Both the position numbers and the translations under genes were made by a program. The notes below the pieces were generated by a model. It was not told where the DNA came from and searched no databases. It worked only from the letters and a program-made list of their open reading frames with translations. From assembly GCA_963978095.1 (NCBI GenBank), contig CAXBQP010000038.1:1-29213 (forward strand): DNA of 29,213 bases, given 5' to 3'. This stretch comes from an uncultured bacterium (lineage in GTDB: Bacteria > Gemmatimonadota > Gemmatimonadetes > Gemmatimonadales > Gemmatimonadaceae). Shown one piece after another: positions 8,771 to 17,207 of this stretch. Position 1 is the stretch's first letter. Every line of letters starts with the position of its first letter.

Positions 8771-11388
8771 CCGCGCGGTGCCGACTGGCGGATGTTCTCC
8801 GGGGGATCCGACTGTGCCTGTGGCTGCTCGCGGTCGCCTGCCGCCCGGCCACGGATGCGCCCCAGGACCTGGCTGCCGTGCGCTCGATCACGGTGTCGAT
8901 CGCGGCGGGACGTGTCGCGGTCGGGGCGAGCGTGCTCGCCACGGCGGTGCTGAAGAACGGAACCGGGGCGGTCGTCACCGACCAACTCCCGGTATGGCGA
9001 TCCTTGAACCCGACGATTGCCGTGGTCGAGCCCAACGGACTGATCACCGGCGTGTCGCTCGGCACCGCGACCATTCGCGCCGCGTTCGGGGCGGTCACCA
9101 CGGACGCGCAGGTCGTGGTGGGGAATCCGGTCGCGAGCGCCGTCACGATGGTGCGCGACACCGGAACGGTGACCCTGCCCGGCGGCTCCCTGCAGTTGCA
9201 GGCCGTGGCGCGCGACGCCGGCGGTGCGGTCATCGCCCGTCCCGATTTTACCTGGACATCGGCCACCCCCCTGATCGCCCGCGTCAACGCGCAGGGGGTC
9301 GTGAGCCCCGTGGCGGCGGGTACCGCGCTGATCCGCGCCAGCATGGACAGCGCCACCGCCCAAGCGGCCATCACCGTGCAACTCGCGCCAGCCGCGAATG
9401 CACCGACCATCACCTCGATCGCACCGAGCAGCACGCTCGTCCCCGGGAATACATATACCCTCACGGGCGCCAACTTCGCGAACATCTCGTCGGGCAATAC
9501 CGTGCTGATCGATGGCGTCCCGGCAACCGTCGGGTCCTCGTCGCTCACGCAGCTGGTGATCACGCTGCCGGCCACGGGGTTCCCCTGCGAGCCGACGCAT
9601 CAAGCCTTCATCCAGGTGACAGCGGGGGGGCTGACCGGCGGGGGCACCGCCGCGCTCCAGGTCGCCAGCCCGCGCACGCTGCAACCGGGCCAGTCGGTGA
9701 TCCTGAGTGCCGCCGGCGATGTGCGCTGCAATGAACTCGCCCTGACCGGTGGCCGTTACCTGGTCAGCGTGTACAATGCGAGTCGCTCGAGCATCTCGCC
9801 CACCGCACTCAACGCGGTGTCCGCCACGCTGCGCGGCGCGACGACACTCGGCGGTGGTCAAGTCGGCATCGTCGGCAGTCTTCCCGCCGCGAGCAACTCG
9901 ATCCTCCCCGCCAACGCACCGTCCGCGGTGCGAGCGGCCGACGCCAGCGCTTCCAATGCCGCCACTCGCCACCTCGCGGTTCTCGAGCGCAATCGCGGCA
10001 TGTGGCGGGCAGCCGGGGCCGGGAGCGTCGTGCGCAGCTCGTCGCTGACCGTCGCCGCGAGTGCGACGATCGGATCGATCGCCCCGGTCAAACTCCCCAA
10101 TCTGGATGCGGCGAACTTCTGCGCGTCGAACATCGTGGTCAACGCGCGGACGGTGTTCGTCGGCCAGCGGGCCGTCATCCTCGAGGACACGAGTACGGTA
10201 TTCGGCGCCCGCGCCACTCTCGCCGGGCAGATGGATGACTACTACCGGCGACTCGGCCAAGAGTTCGACGCCGTCGTGTGGCCGCTGATCACCACGAACT
10301 TCGGCAACCCGCTCGCGGTCGATGCGCAGATCGGCGGACCCGGAAAAGTCGTGATGGTCTTCTCACCGCGCATCAATGTCATGCAGCAGCAGTCGGTGCA
10401 GGGCTTTGCCGTCAGTTGCGATCTTGATCCCACGCTGCCCAGCAGCAACGCCGGTGCCTTCTTTTATGCCGTCGTGCCCACGAGCACCGCCGGCGGTTAC
10501 ACCACCACCGAGACCCGCGACAGTTGGCTCCGCCAGATCCGGCCCACGGTGGTGCACGAACTCAAGCACATCGCCAGCTTCGCGGAGCGCCGGTCGCGGG
10601 CACTCTCGCTGGATCCGCTCCTCGCGGATGCGTCGTGGGAAGAGGGAATGGCCCGCGTTGCGGAGGAGTTGTATGCGCGCACGTTCTATCAAACGGGCGC
10701 GAAGGCGGATCTCCGCTATGCGGCAACCGTCGGATGCGATCTCACCTTCCAAACCATCGGGTCTCCCTGCCAGGATCGCCCGATGCTCATGCAACAGCAT
10801 TTTGCCGCGCTCTTCACCGCGCTCGCGGGGTCGCCGTCGCTGAGTCCGCTCGGAAAGAGTCAGGCCTCCGATGTGAGCTTCTATGCCAATGCGTGGTCGC
10901 TCCTCCGCTGGGCCGTCGATCAGTTCGGGCCGAGTGAATCGCAGTTTCTGTCGGCATTCACGACGAGCGCATCCACCGGGGTGCCCGCGCTCGAAGCGCG
11001 GACCGGAGGCGTCCCGTGGGAACAACTCCTCGGCGAGTGGTCGCTCGCCATGTATCTCGATGATCTGCCCGGATTCACCTCGGGCACGCCGCGCATCGAT
11101 TTCCCCTCGTGGAATCTCCGCAACATCTTCGCGGGATACTGTGCCGATCTTGGCCCGTGCACCACGCCGACGAATCCGGTCCAGCTCTTCCCGCGTCCGA
11201 TCCCACAACAACCGCGCGCGCTGACCTACGGCAACTTCTCCTCGAGCCTCACCGCACTCGTCGGGGGCGGCTATGCGTTGTTCGAGATCGGCGGCACGCA
11301 GACCGCGCGTCAGTTGCTCGAGCTGAAAGCGCCCAACGGGAGCGACCCGCCCTCCACGTTGCGCATCGCCATCGCGCGGGTGCAATGA
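8767..11388 (+). CDS. Lipoprotein with two Ig-like (Big_2) repeats, an IPT/TIG domain and a C-terminal HExxH metallopeptidase-like domain
   Basis: ATGA overlap with the upstream stop. Lipobox LLAVAC; repeats WRSLNPTIAVVEPNGLITGVSLGTATIRA and WTSATPLIARVNAQGVVSPVAAGTALIRA; PTITSIAP..TLTGANF; VHELKH followed by WEEGMA. Confidence 0.8.
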   Translation: MTARCRLADVLRGIRLCLWLLAVACRPATDAPQDLAAVRSITVSIAAGRVAVGASVLATAVLKNGTGAVVTDQLPVWRSLNPTIAVVEPNGLITGVSLGTATIRAAFGAVTTDAQVVVGNPVASAVTMVRDTGTVTLPGGSLQLQAVARDAGGAVIARPDFTWTSATPLIARVNAQGVVSPVAAGTALIRASMDSATAQAAITVQLAPAANAPTITSIAPSSTLVPGNTYTLTGANFANISSGNTVLIDGVPATVGSSSLTQLVITLPATGFPCEPTHQAFIQVTAGGLTGGGTAALQVASPRTLQPGQSVILSAAGDVRCNELALTGGRYLVSVYNASRSSISPTALNAVSATLRGATTLGGGQVGIVGSLPAASNSILPANAPSAVRAADASASNAATRHLAVLERNRGMWRAAGAGSVVRSSSLTVAASATIGSIAPVKLPNLDAANFCASNIVVNARTVFVGQRAVILEDTSTVFGARATLAGQMDDYYRRLGQEFDAVVWPLITTNFGNPLAVDAQIGGPGKVVMVFSPRINVMQQQSVQGFAVSCDLDPTLPSSNAGAFFYAVVPTSTAGGYTTTETRDSWLRQIRPTVVHELKHIASFAERRSRALSLDPLLADASWEEGMARVAEELYARTFYQTGAKADLRYAATVGCDLTFQTIGSPCQDRPMLMQQHFAALFTALAGSPSLSPLGKSQASDVSFYANAWSLLRWAVDQFGPSESQFLSAFTTSASTGVPALEARTGGVPWEQLLGEWSLAMYLDDLPGFTSGTPRIDFPSWNLRNIFAGYCADLGPCTTPTNPVQLFPRPIPQQPRALTYGNFSSSLTALVGGGYALFEIGGTQTARQLLELKAPNGSDPPSTLRIAIARVQ

Positions 11389-11390
11389 CG

Positions 11391-11422
11391 ATCGGGGCGG
11401 CCCCTGGTGTGGCCGCCCCGAT
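11391..11422. terminator. Hairpin between convergent genes, probable bidirectional terminator
   Basis: ATCGGGGCGGCC-N8-GGCCGCCCCGAT, a perfect 12-bp stem. Confidence 0.8.
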
Positions 11423-11442
11423 GCCCCGAAGCCCCGCGGTGG

Positions 11443-13989
11443 TCAGTTCTCGCGCAGTGCCGCCATCGGCGTCTCGCGGAAGACGTCGCGGCTCGTCGCG
11501 AGGCCGATCGTGACCGCGAGTCCCATCATCAGCATCGCGATCGCCGCTGCCGCGCCGACGGCGGGCGAGAAGGATCCCTTGAACACGAAGTGGATCAGCC
11601 CCCACGCGCCGCCGAAGGACAGCACCATCCCGGCGAGCGCGCCGAGCGCCCCGAGGAGCGCGTATTCGACCAACAGGATTCGCATGATCTGCGATTGCGT
11701 GGCACCCAACGTCTTGAGCAACACGCTCTCGCGCAGACGGTCCCGGCGCGTCGCGGCCACGGCGCTGAAGAGGACCGGTACCCCCATGGCCAAACTGAAC
11801 AGGGCAAGGAAGCGCACGGCGAGACTCACCTTCTCGATGATCTCCGTGACGGTGCGACGCACGAGGGAGAGATCGATGCTGGAGACATTCGGATACCGCG
11901 ACACCGTTTGACGCTGGAGGCGGGCGATCGTCGTGTCGGCGCTGACGGCCGCCATCGTCACGAACTGCTTGGGCGCCGTCACCAACCCCTTGGTAGCGAA
12001 GACCGCGAAGAAGTTCGGCTCGAACCGCCCCCACGTCACGGCACGCAGGCTCGTGAGCTGCGACAGCACGCGCACACCCTGCACATCCCACGCGATCCGG
12101 TCGCCGATCGTCACTTTCAGCTGGGCCGCGACGTCCTGGTCGAGCGAGAGCTCGGTGACGCTATCGGGGAGCGTCGCCGCGCCGAACCACCGGCCGCTGA
12201 CGATCCGCTCCGTGCTGACCACCGTATCACGGTAGGTGGATCGGTATTCGCGGCGCAGCGTCCAGTGGTTCGCGGGCATCGCGTGTGCCGCTGCCCACCG
12301 GACGCCGCTCACCCCATTGATCTCGGCGATCTTCATCGTCACGATCGGCGAGTAGCCCATGACATGCTGGCCTTCGGCCGAGAAGATGGAATCGAGCCCG
12401 GCGCGCTGATCCTCCTGGATGTCGAAGAGGATCATGTTCGCCTTGGACTGCGCCGCCGTCACGTTGAACTGGTTCAAGAGATTGGCCTGCACCAGAAACA
12501 GCGTGCTGACGAGAAACGCGCCGAATCCCAGCGCGAGCACGACGGTGCGCGTTTGGTTCCCCGGGCGGTACAGGTTGGCGAGCCCTTGCCGCACCACGTA
12601 CGGCCAGCGCGCCGTCCCGATGCGGCGCGCCAGCCACGACAGCGCGGCAGCGCTCAAATACAGCACGAGCACACTGCCCGCGATTCCGGCGGCGAAGCCC
12701 GCACCCCGCCGCACGGAGCCCGCGCGTTCGAAAGCGAGCGCCAGCACGCTGCCGATCAACGCCACGTTGACGAGCTGCGTCGGAAGGTCGCGCGCCCGCG
12801 CACGGTCCAGCGCGTCGGCGTCACGACGCAACGCTTGCAGCGGTGACACGCGGCGCACGCCGAGCAGCGGGCGCAGGGCGAAGACCAGCGCCACCCACAC
12901 GCCGATCCCGAGCCCCGTGAGCAACGCCTTGACGTCAAGGGCAACGCGGACGTCCACCGGCAGGAAGTCCTTGAGGACGAGCGGAAGGCCGAACTGGATG
13001 GCGATGCCGAGTGCGGCACCCAGGGCCGCCCCGAGGAACCCCATCACGCTCGCCTGCAACACGTAGATCGCGAGCACCTGGCCGCTGGTCGCCCCCAGGC
13101 AGCGGAGGACGGCCACGGTCTCGATCTTGCGCGACACGAACGCGTTGACGCCACTCGCGACGCCGATGCCGCCGAGCAGCAGCGCGATCAATCCGACGAT
13201 CCCCAGGAAGTCGGCGAGCTGCCCGATGGATTCCGTGAGATTCGATTCACGCTGCGTCACCGTGACGACGCGCACATTCTGTTTCTGGAACCGCGCCCGA
13301 TACGCCTTGACCCAGTCATCGCTCGCCACCGACGACGGCAGCTTCACCAGCGCTTCATACGAGGCGCGGCTGCCGAACCCGAGCAGTTGCGTTTCCGCGG
13401 CGTAGCGCTCGGCGATGTACACGCGCGGGCCGATCGCCGCGGCGAATCCCGGGTCGCCGGGCATCGCCTCCACGGCGCCGATGATCTCGAAGCGCCCGAG
13501 ACCGATGCGGAGCGAGTCTCCGACCTTCGCGTCGAGCGCGATCAGCAGGGCAGGGTCGACCACGGCGCGTGGCCCCGTTTGGATGTCGTGCCACCGCCCG
13601 AGCGGTCGCGTCTCCACCGCCCCGTAATAGGGATACCCATCCCCCACCGCTTTCACCTGCGCGAGGCGTGTGCCGCCGGACCGCGGCGCGAGCACCATGG
13701 AACCAAAGCTGACCACCCGTGCGACCGGGGTGCCGTGGGCGGCGATGGTGTCCAAGGCGCGCTGGGCGTCCTCGGGGAACTGCGCATTGTAGGTGAAGGA
13801 CACGTCGCCGCCGAGCAGGGAGCGCGATTGCTCCTTGAGCGAACTCTGGACGTTCGCGGCGAATGAGTCGATCGCCACCAGCGCGGCGACGCCGAGCGAG
13901 ATGGACGACATGTACAGCAGGAGGCGACGACGCGCCGTGCGGCTCTCGCGCCACGCGAGTCGCGGAATGGCCGACCACCGCATCGCCAT
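11443..13989 (-). CDS. ybbP: FtsX/MacB-family ABC transporter permease, YbbP-like
   Basis: LAWRESR..., LLGGD, YPYYG, two FtsX-like membrane blocks (AVLRCLGAT, LLKTLGAT) and FDIQEDQ. Its start overlaps the ATPase stop (TGATG). Confidence 0.85.
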   Translation of the reverse strand: MAMRWSAIPRLAWRESRTARRRLLLYMSSISLGVAALVAIDSFAANVQSSLKEQSRSLLGGDVSFTYNAQFPEDAQRALDTIAAHGTPVARVVSFGSMVLAPRSGGTRLAQVKAVGDGYPYYGAVETRPLGRWHDIQTGPRAVVDPALLIALDAKVGDSLRIGLGRFEIIGAVEAMPGDPGFAAAIGPRVYIAERYAAETQLLGFGSRASYEALVKLPSSVASDDWVKAYRARFQKQNVRVVTVTQRESNLTESIGQLADFLGIVGLIALLLGGIGVASGVNAFVSRKIETVAVLRCLGATSGQVLAIYVLQASVMGFLGAALGAALGIAIQFGLPLVLKDFLPVDVRVALDVKALLTGLGIGVWVALVFALRPLLGVRRVSPLQALRRDADALDRARARDLPTQLVNVALIGSVLALAFERAGSVRRGAGFAAGIAGSVLVLYLSAAALSWLARRIGTARWPYVVRQGLANLYRPGNQTRTVVLALGFGAFLVSTLFLVQANLLNQFNVTAAQSKANMILFDIQEDQRAGLDSIFSAEGQHVMGYSPIVTMKIAEINGVSGVRWAAAHAMPANHWTLRREYRSTYRDTVVSTERIVSGRWFGAATLPDSVTELSLDQDVAAQLKVTIGDRIAWDVQGVRVLSQLTSLRAVTWGRFEPNFFAVFATKGLVTAPKQFVTMAAVSADTTIARLQRQTVSRYPNVSSIDLSLVRRTVTEIIEKVSLAVRFLALFSLAMGVPVLFSAVAATRRDRLRESVLLKTLGATQSQIMRILLVEYALLGALGALAGMVLSFGGAWGLIHFVFKGSFSPAVGAAAAIAMLMMGLAVTIGLATSRDVFRETPMAALREN

Positions 13990-14684
13990 CAGCCGGCGTC
14001 GCCGTTGGCGGCTGCCGTCGGCCGGTCTTCCACCACCTCGCCATCGCGCAGCCGGATCACGCGTCCCGTCCGCTCGGCGAGCGCGATGTCGTGGGTGACG
14101 ATCACGACCGTCGATCCGGACTCGCGGTTGAGTTCCTGGAGCAACGCCACGATCCGCTCCCCGGTGGCACCGTCCAGATTCCCTGTGGGCTCGTCCGCGA
14201 ACAGGATGCGCGGCTGGTTCGAGAACGCGCGCGCGATGGCCACGCGCTGTTGCTCGCCCCCCGAGAGCTGCGCCGGGAAATGCCCCGTGCGGTCGCCCAG
14301 TCCCACCCGGCGCAACAGCTCCCGGGCGCGGTCGCCCGCGCCGTCCTCCCCGCGCAATTCCAGCGGCACTTGCACATTTTCCAGTGCGGTGAGCGTCGGG
14401 ATCAGTTGGAACGATTGAAAGATGAATCCGACTTTCTGTCCGCGCAGCAGCGCACGCTGGTCCTCGGTCATCCGGGTGATGTCCACGCCGTCCAGGCTGA
14501 CGGCGCCAGCACTCGGCGTGTCGAGCCCGGCGAGCAATCCGAGGAGCGTGGTCTTGCCGCTCCCCGAGGGGCCGACGATCGCGACGAAGGCGCCTTGCGG
14601 GACGGAGAAGGACACCTGTTTCAGTACCGCCAGTCGGCCATTGCCGCTCTGGTATTCCTTCGTGAGGTTCGTGGCCGTGAGCAT
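13989..14684 (-). CDS. ybbA: ABC transporter ATP-binding protein, YbbA/LolD family
   Basis: Walker A GPSGSGKT, GFIFQSFQL, signature LSGGEQQR, ADEPTGNLD, VTHD. Start chosen at MLTATNLTKEY. Confidence 0.92.
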   Translation of the reverse strand: MLTATNLTKEYQSGNGRLAVLKQVSFSVPQGAFVAIVGPSGSGKTTLLGLLAGLDTPSAGAVSLDGVDITRMTEDQRALLRGQKVGFIFQSFQLIPTLTALENVQVPLELRGEDGAGDRARELLRRVGLGDRTGHFPAQLSGGEQQRVAIARAFSNQPRILFADEPTGNLDGATGERIVALLQELNRESGSTVVIVTHDIALAERTGRVIRLRDGEVVEDRPTAAANGDAG

Positions 14685-15483
14685 GAATGCAGCGGTGCAG
14701 GAAAGAAGCGGTGTCGCCCGGCGGCGCTGGACGCGCGGGATGATGGTCGGACTCGGACTGTTCGGCGCGGCGTGCGGCGGGCGCACGAGCGACGGGACAG
14801 CGGCGAAACCCCCGATGGCGAACCCCGGCGGGGACCCGTCGGTTCCTGTGGAATCAACCACCGCGGGGGCGCCGGTGGCAGTTGGCGTGAATTCGGTCGC
14901 CGGCCCCGACCGTACGGGGGCGCCTCGCGTCTTGTTTCTGGGGACGTCGCTCACCGCCGGCTACGGGCTCGACGACCCGGCGCGCGACAGTTGGCCCTCC
15001 GTGATCCAGGCCATCGCCGATTCGCTCCACGTCCCCCTGCAAGTCGTGAACGCCGGGCTGTCCGGGGAGACCTCCGCCGGCGCGCTGCGGCGTACGGAGT
15101 GGCTCCTGCGGCAACCCGCCGATCTCGTGGTGATCGAGACGGGCGCCAACGACGGGCTGCGCGGCCTGAATCCGGATTCCACCGCCGCCAATCTCCGGGC
15201 GATCGTCGCCAAGATCCGCGCCACCCTCCCCGCGGCGAAACTGCTGCTGGTACAGATGGAGGCCCCCACGAATCTGGGGGCGGCGTACACGCGGGATTTC
15301 CATGCACTGTACGGGCGCGTGGCGCGGGAGGCCAAGATTCCGCTCAGTCCGTTCCTGCTCGACGGGGTGGCCGGGGTGCGGACGCTGAATCAGGGGGACG
15401 GCATCCACCCGCTGCCCGAGGGGGCGCGGCGGGCGGCGCGGACCCTGTGGCCGTCGATTCGCCGGGCGCTCGGCCCAGGGTGA
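14683..15483 (+). CDS. tesA: SGNH arylesterase/acyl-CoA thioesterase I (TesA-like), probable lipoprotein; alternative start at 14740
   Basis: FLGTSLTAGYG, NAGLSGETS, ETGANDGLRG and DGIHP blocks, a lipobox-like FGAAC, and divergent orientation to ybbA as in E. coli. Confidence 0.85.
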   Translation: MNAAVQERSGVARRRWTRGMMVGLGLFGAACGGRTSDGTAAKPPMANPGGDPSVPVESTTAGAPVAVGVNSVAGPDRTGAPRVLFLGTSLTAGYGLDDPARDSWPSVIQAIADSLHVPLQVVNAGLSGETSAGALRRTEWLLRQPADLVVIETGANDGLRGLNPDSTAANLRAIVAKIRATLPAAKLLLVQMEAPTNLGAAYTRDFHALYGRVAREAKIPLSPFLLDGVAGVRTLNQGDGIHPLPEGARRAARTLWPSIRRALGPG

Positions 15484-15512
15484 GTCCGGCGGCCGGGGAG
15501 CCCCGCCACACG

Positions 15513-15541
15513 TTGACCCAACCGATTGTCTGGTTTATACT
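15513..15541 (+). promoter_or_regulatory. Sigma-70-type promoter of efp
   Basis: TTGACC-17 nt-TATACT, ending 50 nt upstream of the efp start. Confidence 0.8.
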
Positions 15542-15591
15542 TGAAGGCTACCTCCGAACACTTTCGAATCGCTCAAGAGGGATGTCGTTCA

Positions 15592-16158
15592 ATGGCAATG
15601 CCCGCCACCCAGATCCGTCGCGGAATGGTCCTCGTGTTCGAGGGCGATCCGTGCCGCGTCATCGAGTTTCGTCACCACACGCCGGGGAATCTCCGCGCGA
15701 TGGTGCAGGCCAAGCTGAAGAACCTGCGTAGCGGGAACAGCTTCGAGCATCGGTTCCGCGCGGCTGACTCGATCGAGAAGGCCGACATGGAGACGCACGA
15801 GTTGGAGTTCATGTATGCCGGCGGCGACACCTGGCACTTCATGAACACCGAGAACTACGACCAGCTCGAGATGGACGCCGAGACGTTGGGCGACAACGCG
15901 CAGTGGATGCAGTCGGGGATGAAGATCCTCGCCGAGTATTACAACGGCAAGGCGATCGGCATTCAGTTGCCGCAGCATCTGTCGTTGACGATCGTCGATA
16001 CCGCGCCGGTGATGAAGACCGCGACCAAGACGGCGAGCACCAAGCCGGCTGTGTTGGAGAACGGGGTGACAATCAACGTGCCCGAGTTCATCGCCAGCGG
16101 CGAGCGGGTGCGCGTGAACCCGACGACGGGCGAGTACATGGATCGGGCGAAGGACTGA
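15592..16158 (+). CDS. efp: Elongation factor P (non-canonical TPGNLR loop)
   Basis: 188 aa with the KOW/OB/OB layout: IRRGMV, KLKNLRSG, FMNTENYDQ, KPAVLENG, VPEFI..GE, TGEYMDR. GAGGGA RBS upstream. Confidence 0.95.
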   Translation: MAMPATQIRRGMVLVFEGDPCRVIEFRHHTPGNLRAMVQAKLKNLRSGNSFEHRFRAADSIEKADMETHELEFMYAGGDTWHFMNTENYDQLEMDAETLGDNAQWMQSGMKILAEYYNGKAIGIQLPQHLSLTIVDTAPVMKTATKTASTKPAVLENGVTINVPEFIASGERVRVNPTTGEYMDRAKD

Positions 16159-16217
16159 AGTCGGTTCGTTCGCTTCGCGCTTTTTTCAACAACTGACCAA
16201 AAAGTGGCGAGGTGAGG

Positions 16218-16246
16218 TTGAAGTCGCCAAGTCGCCGCGCTACGTT
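16218..16246 (+). promoter_or_regulatory. Sigma-70-type promoter of the tRNA cluster
   Basis: TTGAAG-17 nt-TACGTT, about 45 nt before tRNA-His. Confidence 0.7.
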
Positions 16247-16290
16247 TGAGGTCTGTACGAAATCCCGGCCGGGGGGTACCAACCGGCGAT

Positions 16291-16365
16291 GGTGACTGTA
16301 GCTCAATCGGTTAGAGCACCGGTCTGTGGCACCGGGGGTTGCGGGTTCAAGTCCCGTCAGTCACC
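16291..16365 (+). tRNA. tRNA-His (GTG) with encoded G-1
   Basis: G-1 plus acceptor stem GTGACTG/CAGTCAC, discriminator C, anticodon arm CCGGT-CTGTGGC-ACCGG, T-loop TTCAAGT. Confidence 0.97.
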
Positions 16366-16381
16366 CTGCTGTCGGAGTGTT

Positions 16382-16454
16382 AGGTCCGTAGCTCAATTGG
16401 TAGAGCACCGGTCTCCAAAACCGGCGGTTGGGGGTTCGATTCCCTCCGGGCCTG
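16382..16454 (+). tRNA. tRNA-Trp (CCA)
   Basis: Acceptor AGGTCCG/CGGGCCT, anticodon arm CCGGT-CTCCAAA-ACCGG, T-loop TTCGATT. Confidence 0.97.
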
Positions 16455-16490
16455 TCGACAAATGGGGATGCATCGGAAGTGAAGTCCTGC

Positions 16491-16563
16491 GGCGCTATCG
16501 TCTAGGGGACTAGGACACGGCCCTCTCAAGGCTGGAACACGGGTTCGAATCCCGTTAGCGCTA
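16491..16563 (+). tRNA. tRNA-Glu (CTC)
   Basis: Acceptor GGCGCTA/TAGCGCT, anticodon arm CGGCC-CTCTCAA-GGCTG, T-loop TTCGAAT. Confidence 0.96.
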
Positions 16564-16623
16564 TCTCACCGTGGTGTTGGGGGCAGGTTGCAGGTGGCAT
16601 GAGCAGCACAGCAGGCGATAGTC

Positions 16624-16695
16624 GGCCTCATCGTCTATCGGTTAGGACGGCACCCTTTCAAGGTGCAGAGACGGGTTCGACTCCCGTTGGGGCTA
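16624..16695 (+). tRNA. tRNA-Glu (TTC)
   Basis: Acceptor GGCCTCA/TGGGGCT, anticodon arm GCACC-CTTTCAA-GGTGC, T-loop TTCGACT. Confidence 0.96.
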
Positions 16696-16768
16696 TCGGG
16701 TCGACTCGGCGGCGACGACCAATCGCGGCATGCCGGTGCAGGTGCAGGGTCGGTGAAGGGTAGGTTCA

Positions 16769-16843
16769 GGGGGCGTAGCTCAGTTTGGTTAGAGCACTCG
16801 ACTGTCACTCGAGAGGTCGCGGGTTCGAGCCCCGTCGCTCCCG
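16769..16843 (+). tRNA. tRNA-Asp (GTC)
   Basis: Acceptor GGGGGCG/CGCTCCC, anticodon arm CTCGA-CTGTCAC-TCGAG, T-loop TTCGAGC. Confidence 0.97.
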
Positions 16844-16932
16844 TTGGAAGTATGGGCTCGCACGACAGGTTGTTGGCGGTTCGCAGGATCGGCATCAGCC
16901 CATCGACGCCGGACACAATGGAAGAGATCCTC

Positions 16933-17014
16933 GCCCTGGTGGTGAAACTGGTAGACACGCCATCTTGAGGGGGTGGTGCCGCAAGGCGTCTCGGTTCGAA
17001 TCCGAGCCAGGGCA
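16933..17014 (+). tRNA. tRNA-Leu (GAG)
   Basis: Acceptor GCCCTGG/CCAGGGC, anticodon arm CCATC-TTGAGGG-GGTGG, long variable arm GCC-GCAA-GGC. Confidence 0.97.
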
Positions 17015-17026
17015 TGAGGTTCCCTC

Positions 17027-17098
17027 GCCACAGTAGCTCAGTGGTAGAGCACTCGATTCGTAATCGAGCGGTCGTCGGTTCAATCCCGACCTGTGGCT
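17027..17098 (+). tRNA. tRNA-Thr (CGT)
   Basis: Acceptor GCCACAG/CTGTGGC, anticodon arm CTCGA-TTCGTAA-TCGAG, T-loop TTCAATC. Confidence 0.97.
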
Positions 17099-17124
17099 CT
17101 CGAGGTAAGCGGTTGATCGACGAC

Positions 17125-17161
17125 AACGTCCCGTCCCGGCATCATGCCAGGACGGGACGTT
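17125..17161. terminator. Hairpin closing the tRNA operon, possibly bidirectional with the convergent DoxX gene
   Basis: AACGTCCCGTCCcGGC-ATCAT-GCCaGGACGGGACGTT. Confidence 0.85.
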
Positions 17162-17207
17162 CGTCTTGCGGAGGTGCGTCAGCGGCCGCCTGAGCGGCCC
17201 CCGCCCC

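Noticed and set aside
16157..16186. Possible terminator after efp (T6 run)
   Set aside because: The stem is weak and bulged, so I cannot support it. Read-through into the tRNA operon is possible.
16289..17126. Several short ORFs over the tRNA cluster, and 28119..28325
   Set aside because: They are translations of tRNA sequence.
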